Source: a virus
Taxonomy: Duplodnaviria; Caudoviricetes
DNA length: 64,000 bases
Direction: 5' to 3' (one strand)
IMG/VR virus record: IMGVR_UViG_3300017791_000077
Coordinates: 6,058 to 70,057 of that record
Numbering within the stretch: position 1 is the first letter of the stretch; each line of letters begins with the position of its first letter. The translations under genes and the position numbers were made by a program. Below, one piece after another: positions 45,483-55,018 of the stretch. Below the pieces are notes generated by a model. The model made no database searches, had not been told where the DNA came from, and saw only the letters and a list, made by a program, of their open reading frames with translations.

Positions 45483-46061
45483 TTATGCGGTTGTGACTGT
45501 GATTTCGACGCTGCTCAGTTCGATCGTGGTGGACGCCGCTGTGGTCGCCGTGAGGAGCAGGTAGTAAACTGTCCCCGACGCCACGACTTCCGTGAGTCCC
45601 GTTGTGCTCTGGCTGCTGGCTGTGGCTGCGCTGACGGAAACCTGCGTGGCGTTGGCGACACTGGCGTCAGTGCCATTCGCTCCAGCCGCCACGGTGATTT
45701 TGCGGAGGTTCGCATCCAGCGTGACGGCGCCGCCGGCTGAGTTGATCGAGGCGAACGTCGCAAAGCCGGTGATCGTGTCGCCGACATGCAGCCCGTCGAT
45801 CCGCATGACCAGCGTGCAGGCAGTCTGCGAGGCGGCAACCGTGGCGATGGTGCCGAGGTTGTTCGTGGCACCCACAGTCCAGCCGGAGGTTGTTCCGGCT
45901 TTGGCGTGAGCGACGGCTTTGGTGACAAACCCCGTGCGGACCTGGCCGCCGCATGTCAGGCTGTCGCTGCCGAAGTTTCCGTTCAGGCGCGTGACGATTT
46001 CCGAGCGAATTCCTTCGCCCAGAAGGTTCAGTCGTTCCGCACTGGATTCGCTGAGGGCCAT
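45483..46061 (-). CDS. Virion decoration-like beta protein
   Basis: Thr/Ala-rich beta composition downstream of capsid genes. Confidence 0.7.
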   Translation of the reverse strand: MALSESSAERLNLLGEGIRSEIVTRLNGNFGSDSLTCGGQVRTGFVTKAVAHAKAGTTSGWTVGATNNLGTIATVAASQTACTLVMRIDGLHVGDTITGFATFASINSAGGAVTLDANLRKITVAAGANGTDASVANATQVSVSAATASSQSTTGLTEVVASGTVYYLLLTATTAASTTIELSSVEITVTTA

Positions 46062-46631
46062 CTATGCCACCACGTGCTTGACACCACTGAGGTAGTCAAT
46101 CCCAAGCTGGAGGCCGTTGACGGTATCCTGCATGTGGCCGATGCCGACGTTGCAGGTGTTGCAAAGGAGGCCGCGAACCTTGCCGGTCGCATGGTCGTGA
46201 TCGACGACGAATTTCTTCGGCACTCGCCCGCAGCAGGCACACGAGCCATTCTGTTCGTCGAGCATTCGGTCGAAATCTTCGGGCGTCATGCGGTACTTCG
46301 TGACGAGCAGGTTGCGGCGCTGGATTTTGCGGAGTCGTGGAAGGTCGGTCGATTTGTATTTTTCGTACTGAGTTTTCCTCGCAGCGAGCCTTGAAGCTCG
46401 ATAGGTGGAATCAGTCCGATAGAGTTCCTTGCGCTTCTGCTGGCTTTTCTTTAATTGCTCGGCCACACGATCAGGGTTGCGCCGGCGGTTGTCGGCCACC
46501 TTTTCCGCCATGCACTTCTTGCAGTAGCGCGGAGTCCCGCCGCTGCGACTAAACTCACGCAGTTGCTTCTCGACTCCGCAGCACCGGCACGCTTTGACTT
46601 GCTCGGGGTTGTCCCACGGCTTTGTCTTCAA
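46062..46631 (-). CDS. Endonuclease VII-family HNH homing endonuclease
   Basis: CRCCG...CKKC; QNGSCACCG, VVDHDHATGKVRGLLCNTCN. Confidence 0.92.
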   Translation of the reverse strand: MKTKPWDNPEQVKACRCCGVEKQLREFSRSGGTPRYCKKCMAEKVADNRRRNPDRVAEQLKKSQQKRKELYRTDSTYRASRLAARKTQYEKYKSTDLPRLRKIQRRNLLVTKYRMTPEDFDRMLDEQNGSCACCGRVPKKFVVDHDHATGKVRGLLCNTCNVGIGHMQDTVNGLQLGIDYLSGVKHVVA

Positions 46632-46646
46632 CGTAACCCCTTGCTA

Positions 46647-47288
46647 CTAAAGACGATAGTTCACGAAGCAGAGCTTAGTCACGTTGGTATTCGCAGTGGT
46701 CGAGGCAGAGCACGCCACGCCGACGCGGTTCTGGATCTGGTTCCCCAGAAGCGCCGTGGCACCCGTCAAGTCCTGCGCCGAGACGCGGCCTGCCGTGGTG
46801 GCCCCGGAGGTCGCAGCCGTGAGGGCCACGAGCACCGAACCGGCCGAGAACACGTCTTCCGCGTTCGCCGCCAGCGAGGTCATCACCGACGCCGGCCCGG
46901 AGACCGTGATGTAGAACAGGTCGTTGATGGGCACGCCCGTCGAGACCACAAACTCATCGACCGGGAACCCTTCGGCGGCCGTGGTGGTCGTATACCCGTC
47001 CACCTGCTTGCCGTACTTGGTCAATTTGAAGCTGACCAGGAAGCCGGGGAGCAGGAGGCCGGTGGTTGTTCCACCAGAGCCGGAGACGCACACGTTCCGC
47101 ACAACGCGGACGCGCTTGATCTCGGTCGAGTTGGAGAAGGCGCGGGGCTTGGCCAGCGTGCCCGAATAGTCGAGGTCGAGAACGTCGAATTCGCGACCCT
47201 CCCATTCCACGCCGGAGGTCGAGTCGGTCGTACCGCCGTTGAAGAACGTCGAGCCGATTGCGAACGGCATGTCATCGCTTGAAGGCAT
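46647..47288 (-). CDS. Capsid decoration/cement-like protein
   Basis: Directly after the major capsid gene; DLFYITVSGP motif. Confidence 0.6.
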   Translation of the reverse strand: MPSSDDMPFAIGSTFFNGGTTDSTSGVEWEGREFDVLDLDYSGTLAKPRAFSNSTEIKRVRVVRNVCVSGSGGTTTGLLLPGFLVSFKLTKYGKQVDGYTTTTAAEGFPVDEFVVSTGVPINDLFYITVSGPASVMTSLAANAEDVFSAGSVLVALTAATSGATTAGRVSAQDLTGATALLGNQIQNRVGVACSASTTANTNVTKLCFVNYRL

Positions 47289-47305
47289 CGAAAAACCCTT
47301 TCAGA

Positions 47306-48433
47306 TCAGGCCGCGATTGTGATGAGTTTCATGAACTTGCGGGGCGTCAGGAACTTCACCTGTCCCACGAAGTCCACGATCAGGTGCCATGCGTTGTTGA
47401 GGTCGTCGAACTTCGGACCCCGCACGTCAAACAGATCGTCCTGCCACGACAGGAGTTCCATGTTGTCCAGGTTGAAGCCGTACCCGACAGCGCCGGGGAC
47501 GCCGTATTCCCAGGTGATCTCGCAGCCGTCCTGCTGGATCACTTCCTCGAAGCCCATCGCGCGGAGCGAGTAGTTCGAGTTGATCCAGGCGTGCTCTTTC
47601 GAGTCCTGCTTGTCGAGGAACTGCCGGTAGAGGTCGCGGTCCAGAATGATCTTCTTGACCGCCTTCTGGCTGTTGTCGTAGCGCTGCATGTGCGTGATCG
47701 CATAGCGCGTCGCCTTGAGGCAGTTCGAGGCCCAGTCGTTCGCGGCGCCCGACCACGCGGTCGAGTTGTAGCAGACGATCGTGGGGGCGAAGAAGTCGTA
47801 GGACAGCGTGCCGTGCCCGGCGGGCCAGGTGGTCGCCAGGGCCGACTGCGAGGTCCACGATCCGCCGTAGGTGCCCAGGTCGGTCGTGATGTTGGCATAG
47901 GTCTGGTGAGGCGAGCCCACGACATCGGCCGCGTTGGCTGAGCGCTGCGCACCGGACGAAATGGTGATGGTTCCGTTGGTCGCCATCATGGTCTCGATGC
48001 CGGAGATTCGCGCCCCGTTGCCGGAAGCGGTCGAATCGACGTACAACTCTTCGCCGAACTGCCGCTTGATGTTGCGCGAAGACCGCGTGACCATGTTCTT
48101 GAAGTAGTCAACGATCTGGCTCGGCCCCTTCGCGTTCTTCAGTTGCTCACGCTTGGTCATCACGTCGGCGACCGTGTAGCCCTGAATGTCGAGGAAGCAC
48201 TGCTTGTAGGCGTCCTGCCGCTGCGGCGTGATCGCCTGCTCGCCGTTGTTCGTCTGGAGCGGGATTTCGCGGTACTCAACGTCCCAGCGAACGCCGTCGC
48301 CTGTGACCCCGTAGGTGATCCGCCCCATCTTGTCGAGGAGCGCCATCAGGATCTGGTTGGCGTAGAGTTCCGCCTGAACGCCCTTGATGTACTTGGCGAT
48401 CGTCGTGTTGGTGAGACGTGCCCATTCAGACAT
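47306..48433 (-). CDS. Major capsid protein (HK97-fold, probable)
   Basis: 375 aa after an acidic scaffold-like gene; RBS AAAGGA; capsid-like composition. Confidence 0.75.
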   Translation of the reverse strand: MSEWARLTNTTIAKYIKGVQAELYANQILMALLDKMGRITYGVTGDGVRWDVEYREIPLQTNNGEQAITPQRQDAYKQCFLDIQGYTVADVMTKREQLKNAKGPSQIVDYFKNMVTRSSRNIKRQFGEELYVDSTASGNGARISGIETMMATNGTITISSGAQRSANAADVVGSPHQTYANITTDLGTYGGSWTSQSALATTWPAGHGTLSYDFFAPTIVCYNSTAWSGAANDWASNCLKATRYAITHMQRYDNSQKAVKKIILDRDLYRQFLDKQDSKEHAWINSNYSLRAMGFEEVIQQDGCEITWEYGVPGAVGYGFNLDNMELLSWQDDLFDVRGPKFDDLNNAWHLIVDFVGQVKFLTPRKFMKLITIAA

Positions 48434-48453
48434 GTTCCGGTCCTTTCAGGAGT

Positions 48454-49467
48454 TCAGTTCTGCCAGTCTTCAGGTGGCAGAGCAGCGATGTTTTCTTTCA
48501 ACAGTTCCCACGGATCGCGCTTGTCGTTCTGCGACGGAGTTTTCCGGGTTTTCTTCGGTTGCGTGCCGCTCCTGTTCGGCAAGCGTGCGGCCCGGTGCAG
48601 GAAAGCGTTTTTCTTCTCGGCGTCAGTCTTCGGTTGGCCCTGCGTCGCCGCGTCGGCTTCCACCTTCTGGCGGTAGAGCGTGGCGTCGATAACCTGCTCG
48701 GCGTACTGGATCGGGTCGGGGAGTCGCATCTGGAGCGCCTGCACGTAGGCGTTGTTCCAGAGGTTCCCGGCCTGACTGAGCTGGCCGTATTCGTTGTACA
48801 GCCACTCGCGGTTGGCGTTCTCGAATGTCTTGAGGGCAGTCTGCTGGCGGTCCTGCGCGAGAGCGTGCTGGACGATCTGCCATGTGTCTTTCTGCCAGTC
48901 AGGCTGAAAGAGTGACTTGATCGAAGCGGGGTCGGAGAAGAATTTCTCTTGCGCGGAGTCGCGCCACGCCACCCACTTGCGATAGTCATCGACGACGTTC
49001 GGCATGGCGCCGGGCTTGGGAATCAGGTTCCCGTTCTCGTCCGTCGTGATCTGGTCGATGAGGCGGCGGTCGAACTGCGGGGCGTCTCCCCACGGCAGCT
49101 TCGGTCGCTCCGGCTCCTGCTGGACAGGAGGCCGCTGCTGCTGCATCGCGATCTGATTCTGCTGGTAGAGGATGCCGGCGTACTCGCGGTAGCGCTGGGC
49201 TTCCGCCGCCTGCGCCTGCATCGCCCGGTACGTCCTCTGGAATTCCTGCGGGTCTTCGGGAAGTCCCTCGATCCCATGCTGCTTCCAGACTTCACCGAGT
49301 CCTGCCGGCTGCTCCTCGATCTCTTCTTCGGCGACTTCCTCAACCGCCTCTTCGACGGGAGTGTCGTCAGTCGCTTCGGGAGCGGGAGTCTCGGCCGGTT
49401 CCTCCGCAGCATCAGCCGCGGCGCCGGAAGGCGCGAAGACTCGCCAGAGTTCATCCTTGAAAAGCAT
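48454..49467 (-). CDS. Capsid scaffolding protein (probable)
   Basis: Acidic low-complexity N-terminus, helical Gln-rich core, basic C-terminus; upstream of capsid gene. Confidence 0.7.
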   Translation of the reverse strand: MLFKDELWRVFAPSGAAADAAEEPAETPAPEATDDTPVEEAVEEVAEEEIEEQPAGLGEVWKQHGIEGLPEDPQEFQRTYRAMQAQAAEAQRYREYAGILYQQNQIAMQQQRPPVQQEPERPKLPWGDAPQFDRRLIDQITTDENGNLIPKPGAMPNVVDDYRKWVAWRDSAQEKFFSDPASIKSLFQPDWQKDTWQIVQHALAQDRQQTALKTFENANREWLYNEYGQLSQAGNLWNNAYVQALQMRLPDPIQYAEQVIDATLYRQKVEADAATQGQPKTDAEKKNAFLHRAARLPNRSGTQPKKTRKTPSQNDKRDPWELLKENIAALPPEDWQN

Positions 49468-49523
49468 TGTTCGCTCTCCGTGCGACGGTTCCTGAATCTC
49501 CTATCTTCGATAATGGACTGGTC

Positions 49524-49551
49524 TTCACATCTTGCGAACAGGAAGTATGAT
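49524..49551 (+). promoter_or_regulatory. Possible promoter in the divergent junction
   Basis: TTCACA-16 bp-TATGAT. Confidence 0.4.
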
Positions 49552-49600
49552 GAAGTCTGGGCAGTTCGTACTTTCTGGTAAGAATGGGAAGCAGTCAGGG

Positions 49601-49831
49601 ATGACGACCAACGGGCACGACTTCGCGCAGGAACCCAAGATTCTGCTCAAGTGCGTGCCGACGCTGGAAATCGACGGCGTGGCCGTGTTCTCGCGGCGCC
49701 CGAGCATCAAAAAGATCAAGCGCTGGGCGAACAGCGGCTACTACGGCGTCAAGCTGGAGGCCAGCCGCGAGGGCAATGACGTGTTCACGTCAGCCGCGGC
49801 CGTCAAAAGATTTCTGGAGGCGATCCAGTGA
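49601..49831 (+). CDS. DUF1580-like winged-HTH protein
   Basis: PSIKKIKRWANSG..GVKLE...G..VFTSAAAVKRFL matches my recollection of the planctomycete DUF1580 pattern. Confidence 0.65.
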   Translation: MTTNGHDFAQEPKILLKCVPTLEIDGVAVFSRRPSIKKIKRWANSGYYGVKLEASREGNDVFTSAAAVKRFLEAIQ

Positions 49832-50133
49832 CCCCTATCGCCGTCGGCGGTATTTGCCATAAATGCGGATGGGTACAGCAAGCGACCTTTGGTCCGATTT
49901 CAGAACACAAATGTCAGGAGAATAAGATGACCGAATCCCCCGAACGCATCGCCGCCTGCCTCCACTTCTGCAAGGAACTCCCCACGAATTTCCTGCAAGT
50001 ACGGCAGGCGTTCTGCGCACCACAGACCGATGATGACCCCGGCGTGATCGTCGGCCGAGGCACAATCGTCAACGAGATCAATCACATCTACGCGGGTGTG
50101 GTGGCGGTTGTCAGAAAGAGAATGGAGAAATGA
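49828..50133 (+). CDS. Hypothetical protein
   Basis: GTGA coupling; CHKCG. Confidence 0.6.
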   Translation: MTPIAVGGICHKCGWVQQATFGPISEHKCQENKMTESPERIAACLHFCKELPTNFLQVRQAFCAPQTDDDPGVIVGRGTIVNEINHIYAGVVAVVRKRMEK

Positions 50134-50134
50134 C

Positions 50135-50323
50135 ATGGCGAAGAAATTCATCGCGAAAATGCACCTGAAGAAAGGCGCGCTTCACGAGCAAATGGGGATA
50201 CCGCAGGGGCAGAAGATTCCCGCTGCGAAGCTCGCTGCTGCCGCGAAGAAGCCGGGCGTCGAAGGCAAGCGCGCTCGCCTTGCTGAAGCGTTCCGCAAAA
50301 TGGACCGCAAGAAGTTGAAGTGA
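50135..50323 (+). CDS. Small, highly basic conserved phage protein
   Basis: KKGALH..MG.P.G.KIPAAKL..AAK......KRARLA. Confidence 0.8.
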   Translation: MAKKFIAKMHLKKGALHEQMGIPQGQKIPAAKLAAAAKKPGVEGKRARLAEAFRKMDRKKLK

Positions 50324-50324
50324 C

Positions 50325-50636
50325 TTGCCGCGCAGAAAACCGGGTGCCAAGCGAACGTCAAGGGCGTTCCGCAGGATCAAGACTGAAGGCGAGCAAGTGC
50401 GGTATGCGCTGCGCCTCAGCGATGAAGAATTGCGGAAGTTCAAAAAGCGGGCGTTCTATCAGCATCTCACTCTTCCGGCGTGGGTCAGAAAGTGCTGCCA
50501 TTTCTACATTGAGACAGGCTTCAACCATTCTGTGAAATTGCGGAACCAGCGTAAGAACGAGCAGCTTCAGCGGATTTCGTCCCTGATCTGGGGCGTCGTG
50601 GCGAAGCGGTTCGAGGAATACGGGGAGATTGAATGA
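50325..50636 (+). CDS. Ribbon-helix-helix-like DNA-binding protein
   Basis: YALRLSDEELRKFKKRA...LTLPAWVR. Confidence 0.6.
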   Translation: MPRRKPGAKRTSRAFRRIKTEGEQVRYALRLSDEELRKFKKRAFYQHLTLPAWVRKCCHFYIETGFNHSVKLRNQRKNEQLQRISSLIWGVVAKRFEEYGEIE

Positions 50637-50745
50637 CCCGCGCCATGCGCCCACCCCTTTGTGATGCGCTCCTGTTCTGGACGCTCTGCGCTTCGTCGGG
50701 GTTGACCACTACGATGGAGTTCCTGCGAGACAGGAGGGCGAGGGC

Positions 50746-51084
50746 GTGACACTTACGGCATCACCTGAAACCGATCTGGCTGTGGCGAAGGCGTGCGGGA
50801 TAATCGCGGCAATTGTCTCACCAGAAGCGGGTTGCCATCACGTTGAGGAGATGACAACGGAATGGACGTGGCGCGGCCTGGGAAACAGGTTCCGCCCCTC
50901 CACCGACCTTAACGACGCCTTCATGGCGGCTGAGAAGCACCCCTGGACTGACAAAATCGTTGTCCAACGAACCAAGAATCTCGATTGGTACGCAAACATC
51001 GGCGGCTCTTACGAGTATGCGGAAACGCCTGCGCTTGCGATTTGCGCCGCAATCCTGAAGCTTGCGGAGACCAAATCAGCTTAA
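50746..51084 (+). CDS. NinX/DUF2591-like phage protein
   Basis: D..VAKACG, FRPSTDLNDA, AETPALAICAAIL. Confidence 0.75.
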   Translation: MTLTASPETDLAVAKACGIIAAIVSPEAGCHHVEEMTTEWTWRGLGNRFRPSTDLNDAFMAAEKHPWTDKIVVQRTKNLDWYANIGGSYEYAETPALAICAAILKLAETKSA

Positions 51085-51239
51085 GCCCCGCTCGTACACT
51101 ACGCTGGCGTCAAGGGTTATGCCGTCGCGTCCAGCTTATGACCAAAGTGGTTCGTGTTTCCGGGAAGCGAATGATCGAGTCCGAAGGGCTGTGAAGCGGC
51201 CAGCCACGATCATCGTGAAACGGCAGCGGGTTACAAATC

Positions 51240-51533
51240 ATGTGCGACGAAGAACCTGATTACGCATGGCTCGCCAAGCACGATCCGAAGGGGTTGCGCC
51301 TGCTGGTTGAGTATTGGGGCGCGCAGGCAGAACACAACGCGACGATCTGGCGTGCGCTTCAGAACTCCGATGTCAAATTCGAGTTCAACTTCAGCGCTGC
51401 CCCGCGTGAGGAGTCGCCAACGCAGAAGGCTGTCAGCGAGGCTTACGGCAGACTGGTTTCGCATTCCTGCCGGAACCTGATGAAGATGCTCGACAAGCCC
51501 AAACGTCGGAAGAAGCGCCGAAAACCCGTGTAG
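51240..51533 (+). CDS. Hypothetical protein
   Basis: 97-aa ORF, basic tail. Confidence 0.6.
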   Translation: MCDEEPDYAWLAKHDPKGLRLLVEYWGAQAEHNATIWRALQNSDVKFEFNFSAAPREESPTQKAVSEAYGRLVSHSCRNLMKMLDKPKRRKKRRKPV

Positions 51534-51596
51534 ACCTCCCATTCCAGCCCGCTAAAATACCCCTTAGAGGCAGCATGAACGCTGGAGGGGAGCAGG

Positions 51597-52109
51597 GTGG
51601 CTCGGCCGTCAATAGAGAGCGACTGCCATTTTCTCACGGAAGCCTACGTCCTGGCCCGTGAATGTTCGCCCGACCCCAGTTCTCAGAACGCGGCACTCCT
51701 CGTCAATCACGACGGGATTGTTGTCGCTTCGGCGGTGAACAGGTTCCCGGATGGCGTTGATTTCCTTCAGGAACGCTCCGTTGCGCCGCTGAAATACCAC
51801 TTCTTCGAGCACGCCGAGAGAAACGTAATCTACGACGCGGCCCGGCGCGGTGTGCCGACGTTCGGGCTGGCGATGTACTGCCCGTGGGCCGCCTGTTCGG
51901 ATTGCGCGAGAGCCATCATTCAGGCGGGAATTGCGGTGCTCGTGCGGCATCAGTGCCCCGGCGCCAGCAACGGCAAATGGACTGAATCGCTGGCAATGGC
52001 CGAACGGATGCTGCATGAAGCTGGCGTCGTCGTGCGGACGATAAGCCGCAAGCTCGACCCGTCGAACACGCTGTCTGTCCGACGCTCGGGGGAGCTGATC
52101 TTCCCATGA
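51597..52109 (+). CDS. dCMP deaminase-family protein
   Basis: HAERN and CPWAACSDCARAIIQAGI Zn motifs. Confidence 0.9.
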   Translation: MARPSIESDCHFLTEAYVLARECSPDPSSQNAALLVNHDGIVVASAVNRFPDGVDFLQERSVAPLKYHFFEHAERNVIYDAARRGVPTFGLAMYCPWAACSDCARAIIQAGIAVLVRHQCPGASNGKWTESLAMAERMLHEAGVVVRTISRKLDPSNTLSVRRSGELIFP

Positions 52110-52498
52110 GCAAACCCTGCGTGCGTCTCACCGTTAATCGCGGCGTCGCCAAAGACGTTGGTCGCCGTCTCCGTGCCTTCGTAGAGGCTCTTATCGAAGT
52201 CATCGAGATCAGACACCGGCTGATGGTTTCGATCGTTCCCGGCGTCGTCGTCTGCCACGGTAAAAGCAAGACTTCGGGATTCGGGGTTTTCGATTCCGTG
52301 AACATCAGGATCTTCATCGCCGGCATTCCATTGCCGCGTAGCGAGATGACGCGGGCCGAATGGATCCGGAACGCGAAGCACACGATCGCCCATGAATTTG
52401 CCCATTACGAACAGTTCCGTGATGGCCGGAGATTGACGGAGCGTGGCGTTGAGTCGCGTGCCAGAAAGCTCGTCCGCATGGTGGAGTCCGCATCGTGA
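52106..52498 (+). CDS. HExxH metallopeptidase-like protein
   Basis: TIAHEFAHYEQ...E..A. Confidence 0.65.
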   Translation: MSKPCVRLTVNRGVAKDVGRRLRAFVEALIEVIEIRHRLMVSIVPGVVVCHGKSKTSGFGVFDSVNIRIFIAGIPLPRSEMTRAEWIRNAKHTIAHEFAHYEQFRDGRRLTERGVESRARKLVRMVESAS

Positions 52499-53058
52499 TA
52501 ATCGGCTTCGGCCATCGCCGGCGCGTTGGGAAAGACACATCTGCGAAGATGCTCTTGATCGCGCTGGAGAACAAGGGATGGACGTGCGAAATCCGCTCAT
52601 TCAGCACGAAGGTCAAATGGATTGCCGAGTGCATGTATCGCGTCGAAGGGCTCCGGGGCCCGGAGTTCTACGACGAGTTCCCGCACGCCCGCGAAGAGTT
52701 CCTGCCGATGGGCAAGACGCCGCGCCAGCTCTGGGAAGACGTGGGCACGATGGGCCGCCAAATCTGGGGCAGGACGTGGCTCAATCCCGTTCTGAGCCAC
52801 ATCAAATCCGACGTGCTCATTGTTCCCGACGTTCGCTGGCTGAACGAATGCGACGCGATTCTCGACCGCGGCGGCGAACTGTACCGGGTTGACCGGAAGC
52901 AGGCCGAACAAGTGAGCGGCAGCATGGACGACCGGCTGGCAACATTCGGCGCGTGGACGGGCGTCATCAAGAACCACGGCTCCCTGGACGACCTGTCGGG
53001 CATCATCAATTCTCTGGCAGAGCGGGTATCGGAAAGACTGGAGAGGAACCGTGGATGA
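52495..53058 (+). CDS. Deoxynucleoside monophosphate kinase
   Basis: IIGFGH...GKDT, SF...VK, TPRQLW..VGT.GR, IVPDVRW.NE. Confidence 0.88.
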   Translation: MIIGFGHRRRVGKDTSAKMLLIALENKGWTCEIRSFSTKVKWIAECMYRVEGLRGPEFYDEFPHAREEFLPMGKTPRQLWEDVGTMGRQIWGRTWLNPVLSHIKSDVLIVPDVRWLNECDAILDRGGELYRVDRKQAEQVSGSMDDRLATFGAWTGVIKNHGSLDDLSGIINSLAERVSERLERNRG

Positions 53059-53233
53059 CTGGGAGAGGCGTTACCGCGAACTTGCCGGCGCGATTTGGCT
53101 TCTGCCGCCAGAAGAATATCTGACGGATGAATTCGACATCGCTCAACACGTGGAGACGCTGGAAGAGGCGAAACGTAGTTGCGATGAGGCGCTTAAATTC
53201 CGAGATATTCAAGCTGACAGGATGAGCCAATGA
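53051..53233 (+). CDS. Small acidic hypothetical protein
   Basis: RBS GGAGAGGA; coupled. Confidence 0.6.
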   Translation: MDDWERRYRELAGAIWLLPPEEYLTDEFDIAQHVETLEEAKRSCDEALKFRDIQADRMSQ

Positions 53234-53373
53234 GCGGGCCACCGGACGTTTTGGTCAAGTTCGCCGACAGCATCTGGATTCAGTGCGCGACGGAGGCCGG
53301 TCCCTTCGAGGGCGGCGAATGGTCGGGCGACTGGGAAATCGACGAGGATGATTCGCTCGGGGACGAAGAATAA
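53230..53373 (+). CDS. 47-aa acidic peptide (not in ORF track)
   Basis: ATGA and TAATG coupling. Confidence 0.55.
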   Translation: MSGPPDVLVKFADSIWIQCATEAGPFEGGEWSGDWEIDEDDSLGDEE

Positions 53374-54242
53374 TGCCCAAGCGCTCGACGAGTCGCAAGC
53401 GGCCCATCAACAACATCGTCGTCATTTCGGACACGCATTGCGGGTGCAAGCTCGCCATCTGCCCGTCCGACATGCCCAAGCTCGACGAAGGCGGCGCCTA
53501 TCAGCCTTCCGAATTCCAGCGCAAAATCTACGCGATGTGGGAGGAATTCTGGGAGGTTCACGTCCCGGAAGCCACGCACGGCGAGCCTTATGTCGTGGTC
53601 CATAATGGCGACGCCATCGACGGGGTTCATCACAACTCGACCACGCAGATAACGCACAACCTGAACGATCAGCAGAAAATCGCCTACGCCCTGATGAAGC
53701 CGGTCGTCGAGAAGTGCGAGGGCCGCTACTACCACATCCGGGGCACCGAAGCGCACGTCGGGAAGTCCGCGGAACGCGAGGAAGCGCTTGCCGAACAGCT
53801 TGGCGCCGTCCCGAACCAAGAGGGCAACTTTGCCAGGTACGAACTCTGGATTCAGTGTGGCGACCAGCTCTGCCACACCCTGCACCACATCGGCACGACT
53901 GGCTCACAGGCTTACGAATCCACGGCGATTCACAAGGAACTCGTCGAGTCCTTCACGGAGGCCGGGCGGTGGGGGCGACGGCCGCCGGATCTCATCGTCC
54001 GCAGCCACCGGCACCGGGCGATCGAGACGAACATCCCGACCATCAACGGCAAGGCTCGGGCGGTTGTGACCCCCTGCTGGCAGGGCAAAACTCCCTTTGT
54101 CTGGAAGATCCCCGGCGGCCGGCTCTCGACCCCCCAGTTCGGCGGCCTGGTCATCCGCTATGCCCCGGAATCGAAGGTTCTGTTCCTGAGAGAGCGGGTC
54201 TGGTCGATCGACCGCAGCCCCACGGAGATCGTCTACGCATGA
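53373..54242 (+). CDS. Calcineurin-like metallophosphoesterase
   Basis: SDTH, NGDAIDG, GTEAH, HH, SHRH. Confidence 0.85.
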   Translation: MPKRSTSRKRPINNIVVISDTHCGCKLAICPSDMPKLDEGGAYQPSEFQRKIYAMWEEFWEVHVPEATHGEPYVVVHNGDAIDGVHHNSTTQITHNLNDQQKIAYALMKPVVEKCEGRYYHIRGTEAHVGKSAEREEALAEQLGAVPNQEGNFARYELWIQCGDQLCHTLHHIGTTGSQAYESTAIHKELVESFTEAGRWGRRPPDLIVRSHRHRAIETNIPTINGKARAVVTPCWQGKTPFVWKIPGGRLSTPQFGGLVIRYAPESKVLFLRERVWSIDRSPTEIVYA

Positions 54243-54499
54243 GCGCCAGGGAAATCACCCTCGAAGAACTGCTCACCGAGCAGATGCGGCTCGCCAAACG
54301 CGACGCTCCAGACATGGGCGGCATGACCTCGAATGAGCTGGCGAAAGCGAAGGGCATCTCTACGAAGCTGGCGTTGCGGCACCTCAAGGAAGCCGTCGAG
54401 GCCGGCACCGTGTTCTGCCGGTTCTGCCCGACCTTCGACATTGCCGGGCGCCGAACTGCCGTCCCCAAGTATTTCGTGGTGAAGAAGCCCAAGAAGTGA
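54239..54499 (+). CDS. HTH DNA-binding protein
   Basis: MTSNELAKAKGIS...A.RHLK..VEAG. Confidence 0.7.
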   Translation: MSAREITLEELLTEQMRLAKRDAPDMGGMTSNELAKAKGISTKLALRHLKEAVEAGTVFCRFCPTFDIAGRRTAVPKYFVVKKPKK

Positions 54500-54921
54500 C
54501 CGCGTTTGTGCTGCTCGCTGTTCTCACGGGACCGCCCCTTAATCAGCCCACCTTGACGCTCCGGATTCATTGCGGGCGCGACTTCTCGAGCCAGGTCATA
54601 AAGTCGGAACTCTCGAGACTCGAGCCATACTTCCTCGAGAAATGGCAGTTCATCGAGTCCCACTACAGGCTCGAGCTTGACGACGACGCGAACCTCGAGC
54701 CTACATACAGCATCGGACGGGGCGGCTCGAGAGAGCGCTTCCGTCCCGGCACATTCCGCTGTTCCGGAACTTTCATCCGCAGCCTTGAATCCCTGTGCGA
54801 ACTCGACCAGTGGGAACGGCGCCAAGGCGATTCCGGGACGTACATGCAGATTGACGGCTCGTGGGTGACGTTCACGGAGATTCACAAGCCTGTGCCGTAT
54901 CCGCCTGTGGACGAGCCGTGA
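54496..54921 (+). CDS. Putative secreted protein
   Basis: Signal-like MTAFVLLAVLTG. Confidence 0.6.
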   Translation: MTAFVLLAVLTGPPLNQPTLTLRIHCGRDFSSQVIKSELSRLEPYFLEKWQFIESHYRLELDDDANLEPTYSIGRGGSRERFRPGTFRCSGTFIRSLESLCELDQWERRQGDSGTYMQIDGSWVTFTEIHKPVPYPPVDEP

Positions 54922-54931
54922 GGCGGGAGGT

Positions 54932-55018
54932 ATGATTCGCCTGCACGACGAAATCCGCCAGCGATGGCGGCTATGCCTCGTGCTTCTGATGCTGCTGCTG
55001 CCGGGAAGGACCGGCTGA
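54932..55018 (+). CDS. 28-aa peptide with hydrophobic core
   Basis: MIRLHDEIRQRWRLCLVLLMLLLPGRTG; alternatively this sequence is a promoter (TGGACG-17-TATGAT). Confidence 0.35.
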   Translation: MIRLHDEIRQRWRLCLVLLMLLLPGRTG

